Below the pieces are notes generated by a model. That model saw only the letters and a list, made by a program, of their open reading frames with translations. It was not told the DNA's origin and did no database searches. DNA of 64,000 nucleotides from an uncultured Bacilli bacterium (lineage in GTDB: Bacteria > Bacillota_I > Bacilli_A > RF39 > UBA660): contig CANQTE010000001.1 of NCBI GenBank assembly GCA_947626695.1, positions 14 to 64,013 on the forward strand, in the 5' to 3' direction. The position numbers were made by a program, and so were the translations under genes. Shown here piece by piece: positions 49,885-59,088 of this stretch (the stretch's first letter is position 1; the number at the start of each line of letters is the position of its first letter).

Positions 49885-50261
49885 TTTTTTCTTTCCTCCA
49901 TTTTCTTTAAGTATCTACCATATATCTCATATAAAGCATATATTAAGCTAAATAATAAGGCAAAGGCAATTAATAATTGTAAAACTATCATAATATCTAG
50001 AAGCATTACTATACTAGATACAAAAGATATAATAAAACTATTTAAAAGAGATATTACAATAATTACTTTATCTTTATTTAATTTCTTTTCATTTAGTTTA
50101 AATTTACTTACTAAATAATCTAATTCTCCAATTCTTTTTATTTTCTTTTTTCTTTTTTTATTTTTGTTTTCCATATTACTTAATTTTCTTTTATTAATAA
50201 AGAAATAATCAATTATAAAAACAATAATAAAGAGTCCTATAAACCAATAAAGTGTTTGCAA
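49881..50261 (-). CDS. Small basic membrane protein co-transcribed upstream of leuS (TTG start)
   Basis: A GGAGG RBS lies 8 nt before the TTG start. Two hydrophobic segments flank a Lys/Arg-rich stretch. The stop overlaps the leuS start. Confidence 0.35.
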   Translation of the reverse strand: MQTLYWFIGLFIIVFIIDYFFINKRKLSNMENKNKKRKKKIKRIGELDYLVSKFKLNEKKLNKDKVIIVISLLNSFIISFVSSIVMLLDIMIVLQLLIAFALLFSLIYALYEIYGRYLKKMEERKK

Positions 50262-50269
50262 ATAAATAC

Positions 50270-50470
50270 CTCCTTTAACTAAAAAAAGTGATTACCAAAG
50301 GGCGAGATAAACCCGCGGTACCACCTTTATTTATTACTCTTTTATTTATATAGGAATAACCCTAAATACTCTAAAAAGCAAGTTCATAAATTTTTATTAC
50401 TTAGTTACACCTACCCTAAGTTCTCTATAAATAAATTAATTTATTACTACTCTTTTCTTCAACATATTAC
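50270..50470 (-). promoter_or_regulatory. T-box leader (likely Leu-specific) controlling the leuS operon
   Basis: The minus strand carries AAAGGTGGTACCGCGGG, the conserved T-box sequence. An upstream AGAGA element and a candidate specifier ACUUA (CUU Leu) are present, and a T-run precedes the small ORF. Confidence 0.55.
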
Positions 50471-50480
50471 AAGTATTTTA

Positions 50481-52886
50481 CTAAATTTCTGAGACATATT
50501 CAAGTAGTTTTATAAACATTCTAATAAAAATATCTTTTAAACCTTTTCTTTTTAATTTCCTTATTTCTATTCTTTTTTTATTAACTTCTAAATTACTAAA
50601 CATAATTGAGGCTATTTTTTCTTTTAGATTAGTATTAATTCTTGCATCACTTATAATGGAATTAATATCTTCATTAATAAGTCTTACAGCATCTATTTCA
50701 ATATCTTTTCCTTTACAATTAATAGTTAATTGACAAGTTGTAGGTATTTTTTTTACTTCAACAATAAAATCTACATCATCACTATAGGCATCAAGTGGTA
50801 TTTCTTCACCATTAATATAGGCTTTAACATCTTCAGCCTCTCGGGTATTCCTAAATCTAATTTTATAATTACGCATTTTTGGAATAATACCTGCTTTACC
50901 TTCTATTGGCCTAATAATTAAAGTATAGTTATTGGCAAGATAATTATAATCAATCGCAGTTACTATATAATAGCCTTCTTCTTGTAAGTTAGAATAGCCA
51001 TCATCTTCATATAATTTATAAATATTACTACGCCCTGGGAAAACATGGATTTCAAGGGCTGTTGGGGGGTTAGTATCATTTATGTTTTTAGGTAAAATTG
51101 CTAAAGGAATAATAGCACCACTTTTAGCAAATACAGGATAATCATCATCTTTATAGAAAGCAACATATCTTCTATTACCAGGGAATTTTTTACCTGTTTT
51201 AAAATCATACCAAGTTCCTTTAGGTAAAAATATTTGTTCTACACATCTATTCATAACATTATCTTGTTTTTTAGTAATAGGTTTTACTAAAAATTCACTT
51301 CCAAAATAATATTCATTTTTATAAGCTGGTTCATCATATATTTCGGGGTAACTATAATAGAGAGGTTCTACTAGAGGAAGGCCTGTTTTATGATATTTAT
51401 AATTTTCTGTATATAAATAAGGGATTAATCTATGTCTTAAATTACAATAATATTTAGCTATAGTATATGTTTTAATATCCCAAGCCCATGGTTCTCTTTT
51501 ATAATAGTGTCCCCGTTCTGATGCAAATCTAAATATTGGACTAAAACACCCAAGTTCAACATATCTAATATAAAGTTCACTATCTTCCATGCCACCTTTA
51601 AAGCCTCCAATATCATGACTCCACCAAGATATACCTATATTAGAAGCACTTGAATTAAATGATGGTAAATAATTAAGAGTATCCCAACTAACACTTGTTT
51701 CTCCTGAGTAATGAATACCATTTAAGTGAGAAGATATACCACTTGCTCTACTTAGTAAATTAGGACGTTTACGATTATCTTTGCGATAATTATAAAAATG
51801 ATAATGATTTAAAGCTTTTAAACTGTCTAAATCTTTATGATAATCTAACCAATAAAAATCTACTCCTAAACTATCTAAAGGTTTAATTAAATGGGTAAAA
51901 TAAATAGCCATGAAAGTTTTATCAAAAGCATTAAAAGGTATATTTCTTGTGTTTATAAGTCCTAGTTCAGTTGAGATAGTTCTAAATTTTTCTTCATGTT
52001 CCCCAATACCCTCAGTTGGGTCAATATTAATACCTACTCTTACTCCTCTTTCATGCATATAAGTTGTAAATTCATAAGGGTCTGGGAATAAGTCTTTAGC
52101 AAAAGTAAAGCCTGTTTTATGTTTATTTAAATCTCTTTTATCTTTTAAATGCCAAAATTCATTAAGTAAGAATACGGAGATAGGAATTTCATGACTATTA
52201 AAAGCTTTTAATAATTTTTGACAATCTTTAAAAGAATATATAACATCTTTATTCCACCAAATACCTAAAGCATATCTTGGAATTAAAGGAGGATAACCTG
52301 TTAGAGTAAAATAATCTTTTAAACATAAGCCAAAATCTCTTCGATATATAAATAAATAAGTATCTACTCTTTTTACTGTTGGTTTTACTAAAAAGCCATC
52401 TTCCATATAGACTAAGCTTTTAGAATCATCAAATGAAGCAAAGCCATCAGTAGAATATAATCCCCGATTTAAAGGGCCTCTTATACCCCTATCTAAAGAG
52501 ACTTTAGTTCCTCCAAAATTACGAGCTTCAGGGTGATTAAAATACCATATTTTATCACTATTCATAAGGCCTACTTTAAGATAACTATCAGGAGCATATT
52601 TAGGGCCTTCAAAGGGTCGCTCTTTTACATATTGTAAAACAAAATATTTAGTTTGAATAACTAACATTTTATCATTTTCTTCAACTTGAAATTCAGGCAC
52701 AGGAAAGTTACGGAATCTAGCAAATTCTGTTGGGTGGTCAAAAAATGTTCCATTAACGTCATATTCTAGTCTAATAAGCCTTTCTGATAAAATAGTAATA
52801 CGATATTTAGCTCCCCGAAAGATGGCTTTACTTTGACTCATAGCGTTCTCATAATCAACTTTAAAATGAGCTTCTAACTGTGCCAC
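50481..52886 (-). CDS. Glycoside hydrolase family 31 enzyme (alpha-glucosidase/xylosidase-like)
   Basis: PRYALGIWWNK, GVDFYWLDY (nucleophile region) and WSHDIGGFKGG...ELYIRYVELGCFSPIFRFAS follow the GH31 pattern. Confidence 0.6.
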   Translation of the reverse strand: MAQLEAHFKVDYENAMSQSKAIFRGAKYRITILSERLIRLEYDVNGTFFDHPTEFARFRNFPVPEFQVEENDKMLVIQTKYFVLQYVKERPFEGPKYAPDSYLKVGLMNSDKIWYFNHPEARNFGGTKVSLDRGIRGPLNRGLYSTDGFASFDDSKSLVYMEDGFLVKPTVKRVDTYLFIYRRDFGLCLKDYFTLTGYPPLIPRYALGIWWNKDVIYSFKDCQKLLKAFNSHEIPISVFLLNEFWHLKDKRDLNKHKTGFTFAKDLFPDPYEFTTYMHERGVRVGINIDPTEGIGEHEEKFRTISTELGLINTRNIPFNAFDKTFMAIYFTHLIKPLDSLGVDFYWLDYHKDLDSLKALNHYHFYNYRKDNRKRPNLLSRASGISSHLNGIHYSGETSVSWDTLNYLPSFNSSASNIGISWWSHDIGGFKGGMEDSELYIRYVELGCFSPIFRFASERGHYYKREPWAWDIKTYTIAKYYCNLRHRLIPYLYTENYKYHKTGLPLVEPLYYSYPEIYDEPAYKNEYYFGSEFLVKPITKKQDNVMNRCVEQIFLPKGTWYDFKTGKKFPGNRRYVAFYKDDDYPVFAKSGAIIPLAILPKNINDTNPPTALEIHVFPGRSNIYKLYEDDGYSNLQEEGYYIVTAIDYNYLANNYTLIIRPIEGKAGIIPKMRNYKIRFRNTREAEDVKAYINGEEIPLDAYSDDVDFIVEVKKIPTTCQLTINCKGKDIEIDAVRLINEDINSIISDARINTNLKEKIASIMFSNLEVNKKRIEIRKLKRKGLKDIFIRMFIKLLEYVSEI

Positions 52887-52948
52887 ACTTATTCTCTCCC
52901 TTTAACTAGTATTATAATATCACAAAATAGATTTTAACACAATTATTT

Positions 52949-54931
52949 TTAAAAAATATTAATTATTAAACATAAAATTATTCCTACTAACAAAGGTATT
53001 AAAAAGGCTAAAATGGTGTAATAAAGACTATTAGTTTCTTTTTTTATAGTAAGTAGAGTTGTGGAACATGGATAGTGAAACATCATTAAGAGAATAAAAC
53101 TAATAGCCATTTTAATATTCCAACCATTCATAATTAAAATATTTTTTAAAGTATCTAAACTATTATATTCTATTAAAGTATTAGTTTTTAAATAACCCAT
53201 AAGCATAACAGGAACTACTATTTCATTTGCCGGAAACCCTAGTAATAAAGCAAGAATTATTACTCCATCTAAACCTAACACGTTTCCTACTGGATTTAAG
53301 TATGTAATTAAATATTCCATGATAGATAAATTTCCAATATGAATATTTGCTACACACCATATTATTGCACCTGTTGGAATTGACACTTTAATAGCTCTAA
53401 TTAAAACAGAAAGAGCTTTATCTTTAATACTTCTAATAATAGATTCTAATATCTTAGGTACTCGGTAAGGGGGTAATTCGAGAGTAAAACTAGATGTTTC
53501 TCCTTTTAAAATAAATTTTGATAAAATAAAACTAATAATAAAAGTAATAATTATACCTATAAATATAAAACTAGTTAAGATAAGAGCACTAATTAAACTA
53601 CCAAAGTGGGACATGCTACCCATAAACATAGATATAATAGCAATTAAAGTAGGAAATTTACCATTACAAGGCATAAATACATTAGTAAGTATTGCTATTA
53701 TTCTTTCTCTTTTAGAATCAATAATACGAGCATTAGTAACTCCAACAGCATTACAGCCAATTCCCATACACATAGTTAGTGCTTGTTTTCCTGATACTTT
53801 ACATTTACAAAAAAATTTATCGATATTAAAAGCTATTCTTGGTAATAATCCTAAATCTTCTAATAAAGAAAATAAAGGGAAAAATATTAACATGGGAGGC
53901 ATCATAACAGATATAACCCAATATAATGTTTTATATACACCATCTACTAATAAAGAGATAATATTACTTGGCAAATGAATAAACTTTAATATATTAATTA
54001 TATTATCTTCTAAGCTTTGGAAAAATTTAAATAAAAAATCAGAGGGATAATTTGCAAGTTTTATAGTTATGTAAAATAATATAAAAAGTATTGATAACAT
54101 TATAGGTATGCCAAATATTTTACTAGTTATTATTTTATCAATTTTTCTTTCTCTTTCTAGATTATCTTTTTTATAGGTGATTACTCCTTTTAATCTTTTT
54201 TTAACTTCTTTTTTTATTTTAATTACTATTTCTAATGATATATCAATATTATTTAAGTTTTCTAAATTAATATTTTTAGAAAACACAATATTACTTTTAA
54301 ATAGATTAATGTAATGTTTATCATTTTCAAGTATTCTTAGGGCAAGCCATTTTTTATTTCCTTTAAAATCCTTAATAGAGTTTGATATATCTTTTATACT
54401 TTTATTTAATATACCATAATCAATATCTAAGTAAGGTTCTTCTTTTACATCTTTTATTTTTTCTAATAGTTTATCTAAGCCAATATTTTTTTTAGCACTA
54501 ATAGATACAAGAGGACAATTTATGTTTTTAGATAATAATTCATAGTTTATTACTATTCCCTTTTTTTCTGCTTCATCTATTAAATTTATGCATAAGACAA
54601 CTTTTTTGGCAAGTTCTTCTACTTGTAATAATAAATTTATACCCTTTTCTAGGCTTGTTGCATCACAGACTACAACGGCGACATCAAAATTTTCTTTTAC
54701 AATAAAGTCAGTTGTTACTACTTCTTCTTTGGATTTAGAGATAAGAGAATATGTGCCTGGTAAGTCATAGAATATATATTTGATATCATTTTTAATGCAT
54801 GTTCCTTTAGAAAATTCGACTGTTTTTCCGGCCCAGTTTCCTGTGTGGACATGATTGTTAGTTAAAGCATTATAGACAGTAGATTTACCAACATTAGGAG
54901 TTCCTATTAAAGCTACTTTAATTTCTCTCAT
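52949..54931 (-). CDS. feoB: Ferrous iron transporter FeoB
   Basis: N-terminal G-domain (LIGTPNVGKSTVYNALT) and a polytopic C-terminal membrane domain. Confidence 0.85.
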   Translation of the reverse strand: MREIKVALIGTPNVGKSTVYNALTNNHVHTGNWAGKTVEFSKGTCIKNDIKYIFYDLPGTYSLISKSKEEVVTTDFIVKENFDVAVVVCDATSLEKGINLLLQVEELAKKVVLCINLIDEAEKKGIVINYELLSKNINCPLVSISAKKNIGLDKLLEKIKDVKEEPYLDIDYGILNKSIKDISNSIKDFKGNKKWLALRILENDKHYINLFKSNIVFSKNINLENLNNIDISLEIVIKIKKEVKKRLKGVITYKKDNLERERKIDKIITSKIFGIPIMLSILFILFYITIKLANYPSDFLFKFFQSLEDNIINILKFIHLPSNIISLLVDGVYKTLYWVISVMMPPMLIFFPLFSLLEDLGLLPRIAFNIDKFFCKCKVSGKQALTMCMGIGCNAVGVTNARIIDSKRERIIAILTNVFMPCNGKFPTLIAIISMFMGSMSHFGSLISALILTSFIFIGIIITFIISFILSKFILKGETSSFTLELPPYRVPKILESIIRSIKDKALSVLIRAIKVSIPTGAIIWCVANIHIGNLSIMEYLITYLNPVGNVLGLDGVIILALLLGFPANEIVVPVMLMGYLKTNTLIEYNSLDTLKNILIMNGWNIKMAISFILLMMFHYPCSTTLLTIKKETNSLYYTILAFLIPLLVGIILCLIINIF

Positions 54932-55181
54932 AAGATACCTCGATATTTTTAGAATCTATATCTCTAATAGCAATAATATTATTATTAATTAAATATGCTT
55001 TTATTCCTTTAAAAGGACTAATAAGAAGACATTTTGTAGTTTCTCCAGGAATAAAGCCTAAATCTAAAAATCTTCTTTTTATATCACTTTCTCCCCCAAC
55101 TTTTTTTATATAAACAGTTTCATTTATTAAAACTTTGTCTAAAGTCATAATCATACCCCTAACTACTTTAATATATGACAA
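54918..55181 (-). CDS. feoA: FeoA
   Basis: Small SH3-like protein immediately upstream of feoB, overlapping it. Confidence 0.7.
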   Translation of the reverse strand: MSYIKVVRGMIMTLDKVLINETVYIKKVGGESDIKRRFLDLGFIPGETTKCLLISPFKGIKAYLINNNIIAIRDIDSKNIEVSYERN

Positions 55182-55371
55182 AAAAATAGAGATGTGTTCT
55201 CTATTTCTTTGTACCTCGTTAGGTTTGACATAGTAAAGAAAATAGAATGATGGTATAACTCTATCTTCTTATTAAGATAAATGTGTGTCATTTAACTGAC
55301 ACGTTTATTATTATACACTTATTTCTAAAAAAGTAAAGAAAAAATTACTAAAAGTAAAAATTTTCTTAATT

Positions 55372-55845
55372 CTATTTTAAATATTTAGGACTATCTATCC
55401 TACCAAGTAGATAATCTGCACTTATATTATATTTTTTACAAATAGTATAAAGAAAGGGAGTTGCTATTAAGTTTCTACCTTTTTCATAAAAAGCTATATT
55501 AGAAAAAGTAGTATTTAAAATGTTTGCTAATTTAACTTGAGTTAAATTTTGTTCTTTTCTAAATTCTTTTAATCTATTACCTGATTTTATTTCATCTATC
55601 TTTTTACTAGAATTAGAATAATTTTTTATAGAAGATAATTCAAATAAATAATCTATGGAAATATTAAAAAAATTGCATATATCATTTAAATGTTTAACTG
55701 GAATAATTTTATCTTGAAGCTCATAACAAGTATAAGTTCTTCGAGAAATATTTAAAATATCTGCAATTTCCTTTTGTGTGATTTTTCTCTTATCATTACT
55801 ATATTCTCTCAATTCTTTTAATCTTTCGCCATAGTTCATTATCAA
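55372..55845 (-). CDS. Transcriptional regulator with two tandem XRE-type HTH domains
   Basis: Two HTH segments (ITQKEIADILNISRRT and LTQVKLANILNTTFSNI). Confidence 0.6.
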   Translation of the reverse strand: MIMNYGERLKELREYSNDKRKITQKEIADILNISRRTYTCYELQDKIIPVKHLNDICNFFNISIDYLFELSSIKNYSNSSKKIDEIKSGNRLKEFRKEQNLTQVKLANILNTTFSNIAFYEKGRNLIATPFLYTICKKYNISADYLLGRIDSPKYLK

Positions 55846-55890
55846 TCACCAATCTAATTTTCTCACTTTTTGCTATTCAAAAAAGATTTA

Positions 55891-55991
55891 GGATACTACT
55901 GTGTTATAAAAAACATATTATTTTAAATAATACATAAATATATCTTTTTAATTTTTATATTATCATCTTTTTTTGGATACTACTGTGTTAT
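55891..55991. promoter_or_regulatory. Two copies of the 17-mer GGATACTACTGTGTTAT (55891-55907, 55975-55991), candidate regulator sites, next to a consensus promoter
   Basis: The direct repeats are 84 bp apart. The second abuts TTGACA(55997)-17 nt-TATAAT(56020), which would drive the 56081 gene. Confidence 0.45.
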
Positions 55992-56080
55992 TTTTCTTGA
56001 CATTTGCTATTTTTAAGTTTATAATTTAAATATAAATTAGAAATTTCTAATATTATTGATAATTAGAAAGAAAGGTTGAT

Positions 56081-57409
56081 ATGAAATTAGAAAAGTTAAG
56101 TAAGGGAAGATTTATTAAAGCTAGTATTATAGTTTTAGTAGTAATAAGTATATTTGGAGTTATATTTATAAATAGAAGTAAGGCTAAGTATAGAGTAACT
56201 CAAAGTATTCAAATAGTTAATGGTGAAGTTAATTATACTAACCCTGATTTTAGTATGCTAGGAGTAAAATTACAAAGTGCTAAAGGAAGTAGTGATTATG
56301 TTTCGGCTAGTAATAATGAAGTGCCTGCAAGTGGTTATAAATTAAAGCCTTTAGGTGATAGTGCAACTGATAGTTATTGTACTATTAATGGAGAAAAAGA
56401 TAATACAGGTATTAGCATTACTTATGAAAACGGAACTGTGACTTTTAAAGGTATTAAAAAACAAGGAACTAGGTGCTATTTGTTTTTTGACCTACAGACA
56501 GACCAAACTGGGACAGAATTATTAGGAAAGTATACCGTAAATAGTACAAGTGAGGGATGTCCTAATTATGAAGATGCACCATCAGTAACAAGTGTAAAAT
56601 CTTCAAAAAGTTTATTATGTAAGGGAAAAGATGATTTTGGAGATACTTATTATTTTAGAGGAAACCCAACAAATAACTGGGTTAAAATTGGAAATTTCTA
56701 CTGGAGAATAATAAGATTTAATGGTAATGGTAGTATAAGATTAATATATTCTGGAAATGGTAAAGCTGAAACAAGTGGAACAGGTACACAGATAAGTACT
56801 TCTGCATATCATTCACAAGATAATAGTGCAAATTATGTAAAATATATGAACGGTAGTACAGATAGTACCATAAAAGGTGTATTAGATAGTTGGTATAATA
56901 CTAACTTAAAGAGCACTTATGGAAGTAAGATGGATGGAAGTGTAGGTTTCTGTAATGATGCTGATAACGGAACATATTCTGGTGGTACACAATATTTTAA
57001 ACCATATGATAGAATAGCAACTAATAAAAAACCAACGTTTAAATGTGGAACACCAACAACTAACTTATTTACAACAAGTGGAGGTACAAAAGGTAATCAA
57101 AAATTAACAAACCCAATAGGTTTAATTACGATTGACGAAGTAAGTTTTGCGGGTGGACTTTATGATACAGCTAATTCAGGTTATTATTTATATACTAATA
57201 GTGCATACTGGACAATGTCTCCGTGTTACTTTAATGGCGGTCGCGCGCGCGTGTTCATTGTGGGTAGCAATGGTACCCTCTACCCCAGCAACTATGTGGG
57301 CGACACGTTGGGTGTGCGCCCAGTAATAAATCTGAAGGCTGATACACTGTTTAAAACAGCATCAGAAGTTGATAAAGGGACAGCTGATAATCCATATATA
57401 GTGCAATAA
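56081..57409 (+). CDS. Secreted, membrane-anchored protein with a C-terminal DUF1566/C-type-lectin-like domain
   Basis: N-terminal TM. The C-terminus reads GLITIDEV...YWTMSP...GVRPV, resembling the WRLPTIxEL...YWSST...VRCVR pattern of DUF1566 (Lcl C-terminal) domains. Confidence 0.4.
   Translation: MKLEKLSKGRFIKASIIVLVVISIFGVIFINRSKAKYRVTQSIQIVNGEVNYTNPDFSMLGVKLQSAKGSSDYVSASNNEVPASGYKLKPLGDSATDSYCTINGEKDNTGISITYENGTVTFKGIKKQGTRCYLFFDLQTDQTGTELLGKYTVNSTSEGCPNYEDAPSVTSVKSSKSLLCKGKDDFGDTYYFRGNPTNNWVKIGNFYWRIIRFNGNGSIRLIYSGNGKAETSGTGTQISTSAYHSQDNSANYVKYMNGSTDSTIKGVLDSWYNTNLKSTYGSKMDGSVGFCNDADNGTYSGGTQYFKPYDRIATNKKPTFKCGTPTTNLFTTSGGTKGNQKLTNPIGLITIDEVSFAGGLYDTANSGYYLYTNSAYWTMSPCYFNGGRARVFIVGSNGTLYPSNYVGDTLGVRPVINLKADTLFKTASEVDKGTADNPYIVQ
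57220..57355 (+). other. GC-rich, A-poor, NNC-codon-biased patch at the 3' end of the gene, candidate DGR variable repeat
   Basis: Codons GGC GGT CGC GCG CGC GTG TTC ... TAC CCC AGC AAC ... GGC GAC ACG ... GTG CGC occur in a genome that otherwise uses AT-ending codons. The patch covers exactly the YW...VRPV segment of the lectin-like fold. Confidence 0.35.
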
Positions 57410-57412
57410 TTT

Positions 57413-57490
57413 AACTTGCTTAAGTAGCTCTAATTCATACTTAAGCAAAAAATTTAGGTGATACTCTCACCTATTTTTATTTTTATCTAT
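57413..57490. terminator. Two hairpins between convergent genes
   Basis: TTGCTTAAGTA-gctctaattca-TACTTAAGCAA (11-bp perfect stem), then AGGTGA-tactc-TCACCT followed by a T-run. Confidence 0.5.
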
Positions 57491-57493
57491 TTG

Positions 57494-58750
57494 TTAATAA
57501 TCTAAACAACTATCATCTAGTAAAAAATTATATATACCCACTATAGTTATTCCATTATCGTCTTTTCTTGGTTTCATATCGGCTTTTACAATAATTATCT
57601 TTTTAAAAGAGTCGTTTATACTAATTAATGATTTTTTTTCTTGTTTTGCTTTTTCTTCTGTATCAATATTTAATGCTGATTGTATATAATATTTATTATC
57701 TCCCATTGTTGCAACAAAATCAACTTCATAATTTTTTCTTATAGTATTGCCATTTTTATTTTGAGTGGTAGTTTCCACTATACCTACATCTACATTATAA
57801 CCTCTAATTTTTAATTCATTATAAATAATATTTTCCATGATATGGTCCTCTTCTGTTTGTCTAAAATTTAGTCTAGCATTTCTAAGGCCTATATCTTCAA
57901 AATAGTATTTATATGGAGAATTAATATAATTTTTCCCTTTAATATCATATCTTTGGGCTTTACTAATAAGAAATGAATCTTCAAAATATTCAATATATTT
58001 ACTTATAGTTTTATCACTTATTGTTTTATTTTTTATACTTTTAAATGTATTTGATAATTTTATTGGATTAGAAAGTGAACCAATAGATGAAGATAAAATA
58101 TTTAATAGTTCGTTTAATTCTTCTTTATTTTTTATTTTATTATGTCTTTCTAAAATATCAGAAATATATACTTTTTCAAACAAAGATTTTAAATAGTCTT
58201 CTTTTCTTTTTTTAGTATTACATGATAATATAAAAGGCATACCACCATAATTATAGTAATCATCCCATGCTTGATAAATTGAACCATTGTAGGCACTAGT
58301 ATATTCTTTAAAACTAAGAGGAAAAACATGAATTTCGTCCCCTCTACCCCTAAATTCTGTAATAACATCAGTTGATAAAAATTTTGAATTACTGCCTGTT
58401 ACATATACATCTACATTTCTAATATGTAATAAACTATTTAAGACATCTTCAAATTCATTCATTAATTGTACTTCATCAATTAATATATAATATAATTTAT
58501 CATCTATTATTTTTGAGTTTATAAACTTAAGCATATTATCAGGATCTCTTAAATCTTTATAAATTCTATTATCTAAAGCTATATCAATTATATGACTTTT
58601 TTCTATTCCTTTATCAAGTAAATAATTATAAAATATATTAAATAGCAGAAAAGTTTTTCCCGCTCTCCGTAACCCTGTGATAACTTTAATAAGTCCATTT
58701 TCTTCTCTTGCTTTTAATTCATTTAAATAGTAATCTCTTTTTATTTCCAT
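57494..58750 (-). CDS. AAA-family ATPase (DUF4143-type ATP-binding protein)
   Basis: Walker A GLRRAGKT and Walker B ILIDEVQ, ~418 aa, the typical COG1373 architecture. Confidence 0.6.
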   Translation of the reverse strand: MEIKRDYYLNELKAREENGLIKVITGLRRAGKTFLLFNIFYNYLLDKGIEKSHIIDIALDNRIYKDLRDPDNMLKFINSKIIDDKLYYILIDEVQLMNEFEDVLNSLLHIRNVDVYVTGSNSKFLSTDVITEFRGRGDEIHVFPLSFKEYTSAYNGSIYQAWDDYYNYGGMPFILSCNTKKRKEDYLKSLFEKVYISDILERHNKIKNKEELNELLNILSSSIGSLSNPIKLSNTFKSIKNKTISDKTISKYIEYFEDSFLISKAQRYDIKGKNYINSPYKYYFEDIGLRNARLNFRQTEEDHIMENIIYNELKIRGYNVDVGIVETTTQNKNGNTIRKNYEVDFVATMGDNKYYIQSALNIDTEEKAKQEKKSLISINDSFKKIIIVKADMKPRKDDNGITIVGIYNFLLDDSCLDY

Positions 58751-58806
58751 AATTTTATCACACTTTCTAAGATAATTATAAAATATATTTAATAATAAAT
58801 CAATAT

Positions 58807-58852
58807 TTAACTCCGAGATTTTGCATATTTATGCACTTTCTCGGAGTTATAA
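58807..58852. repeat. 46-bp direct repeat copy 1, containing a 10-bp-stem hairpin
   Basis: ttaactccgagattttgcatatttatgcactttctcggagttataat, with internal AACTCCGAGA...TCTCGGAGTT. It is identical to 59036..59081. Confidence 0.8.
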
Positions 58853-58924
58853 TCACTTTTTAACTACTTGTTTTTAATTTAAAAATACTTGCATTTTATA
58901 TACTTTTTAGTGTATAATACTAAT

Positions 58925-59012
58925 AGGACAAACAAAAAGAGACACTTTGTTGGTGTTTCTAAAGTCCATTGCTGGAATACACCTAACAAATCGTAGGTGT
59001 TTTATTTTTTTA
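58925..59012 (+). ncRNA. Candidate ~85-nt small RNA with its own promoter and terminator
   Basis: TTGCAT (58889) -18 nt- TATAAT (58913), then ~85 nt without an ATG, then an ACACCTA...TAGGTGT hairpin plus T7 terminator. Confidence 0.4.
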
Positions 59013-59035
59013 TTTTTTCTTTAAAACTTTGATAA

Positions 59036-59081
59036 TTAACTCCGAGATTTTGCATATTTATGCACTTTCTCGGAGTTATAA
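59036..59081. repeat. 46-bp direct repeat copy 2
   Basis: Identical to 58807..58852. It sits immediately downstream of the tadC stop. Confidence 0.8.
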
Positions 59082-59088
59082 TTATTTT

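Noticed and set aside
55182-55372. A Fur box in the feoAB promoter region (GTGTCA-tttaac-TGACAC inverted repeat)
   Set aside because: The palindrome does not resemble the GATAATGATAATCATTATC Fur consensus, so only a generic inverted repeat is supported.
56081-58750. A complete DGR (reverse transcriptase plus template repeat) next to the variable-like patch
   Set aside because: No ORF in the window has reverse transcriptase motifs (YxDD), and no second copy of the patch was found by eye. Only an orphan-target hypothesis is reported.
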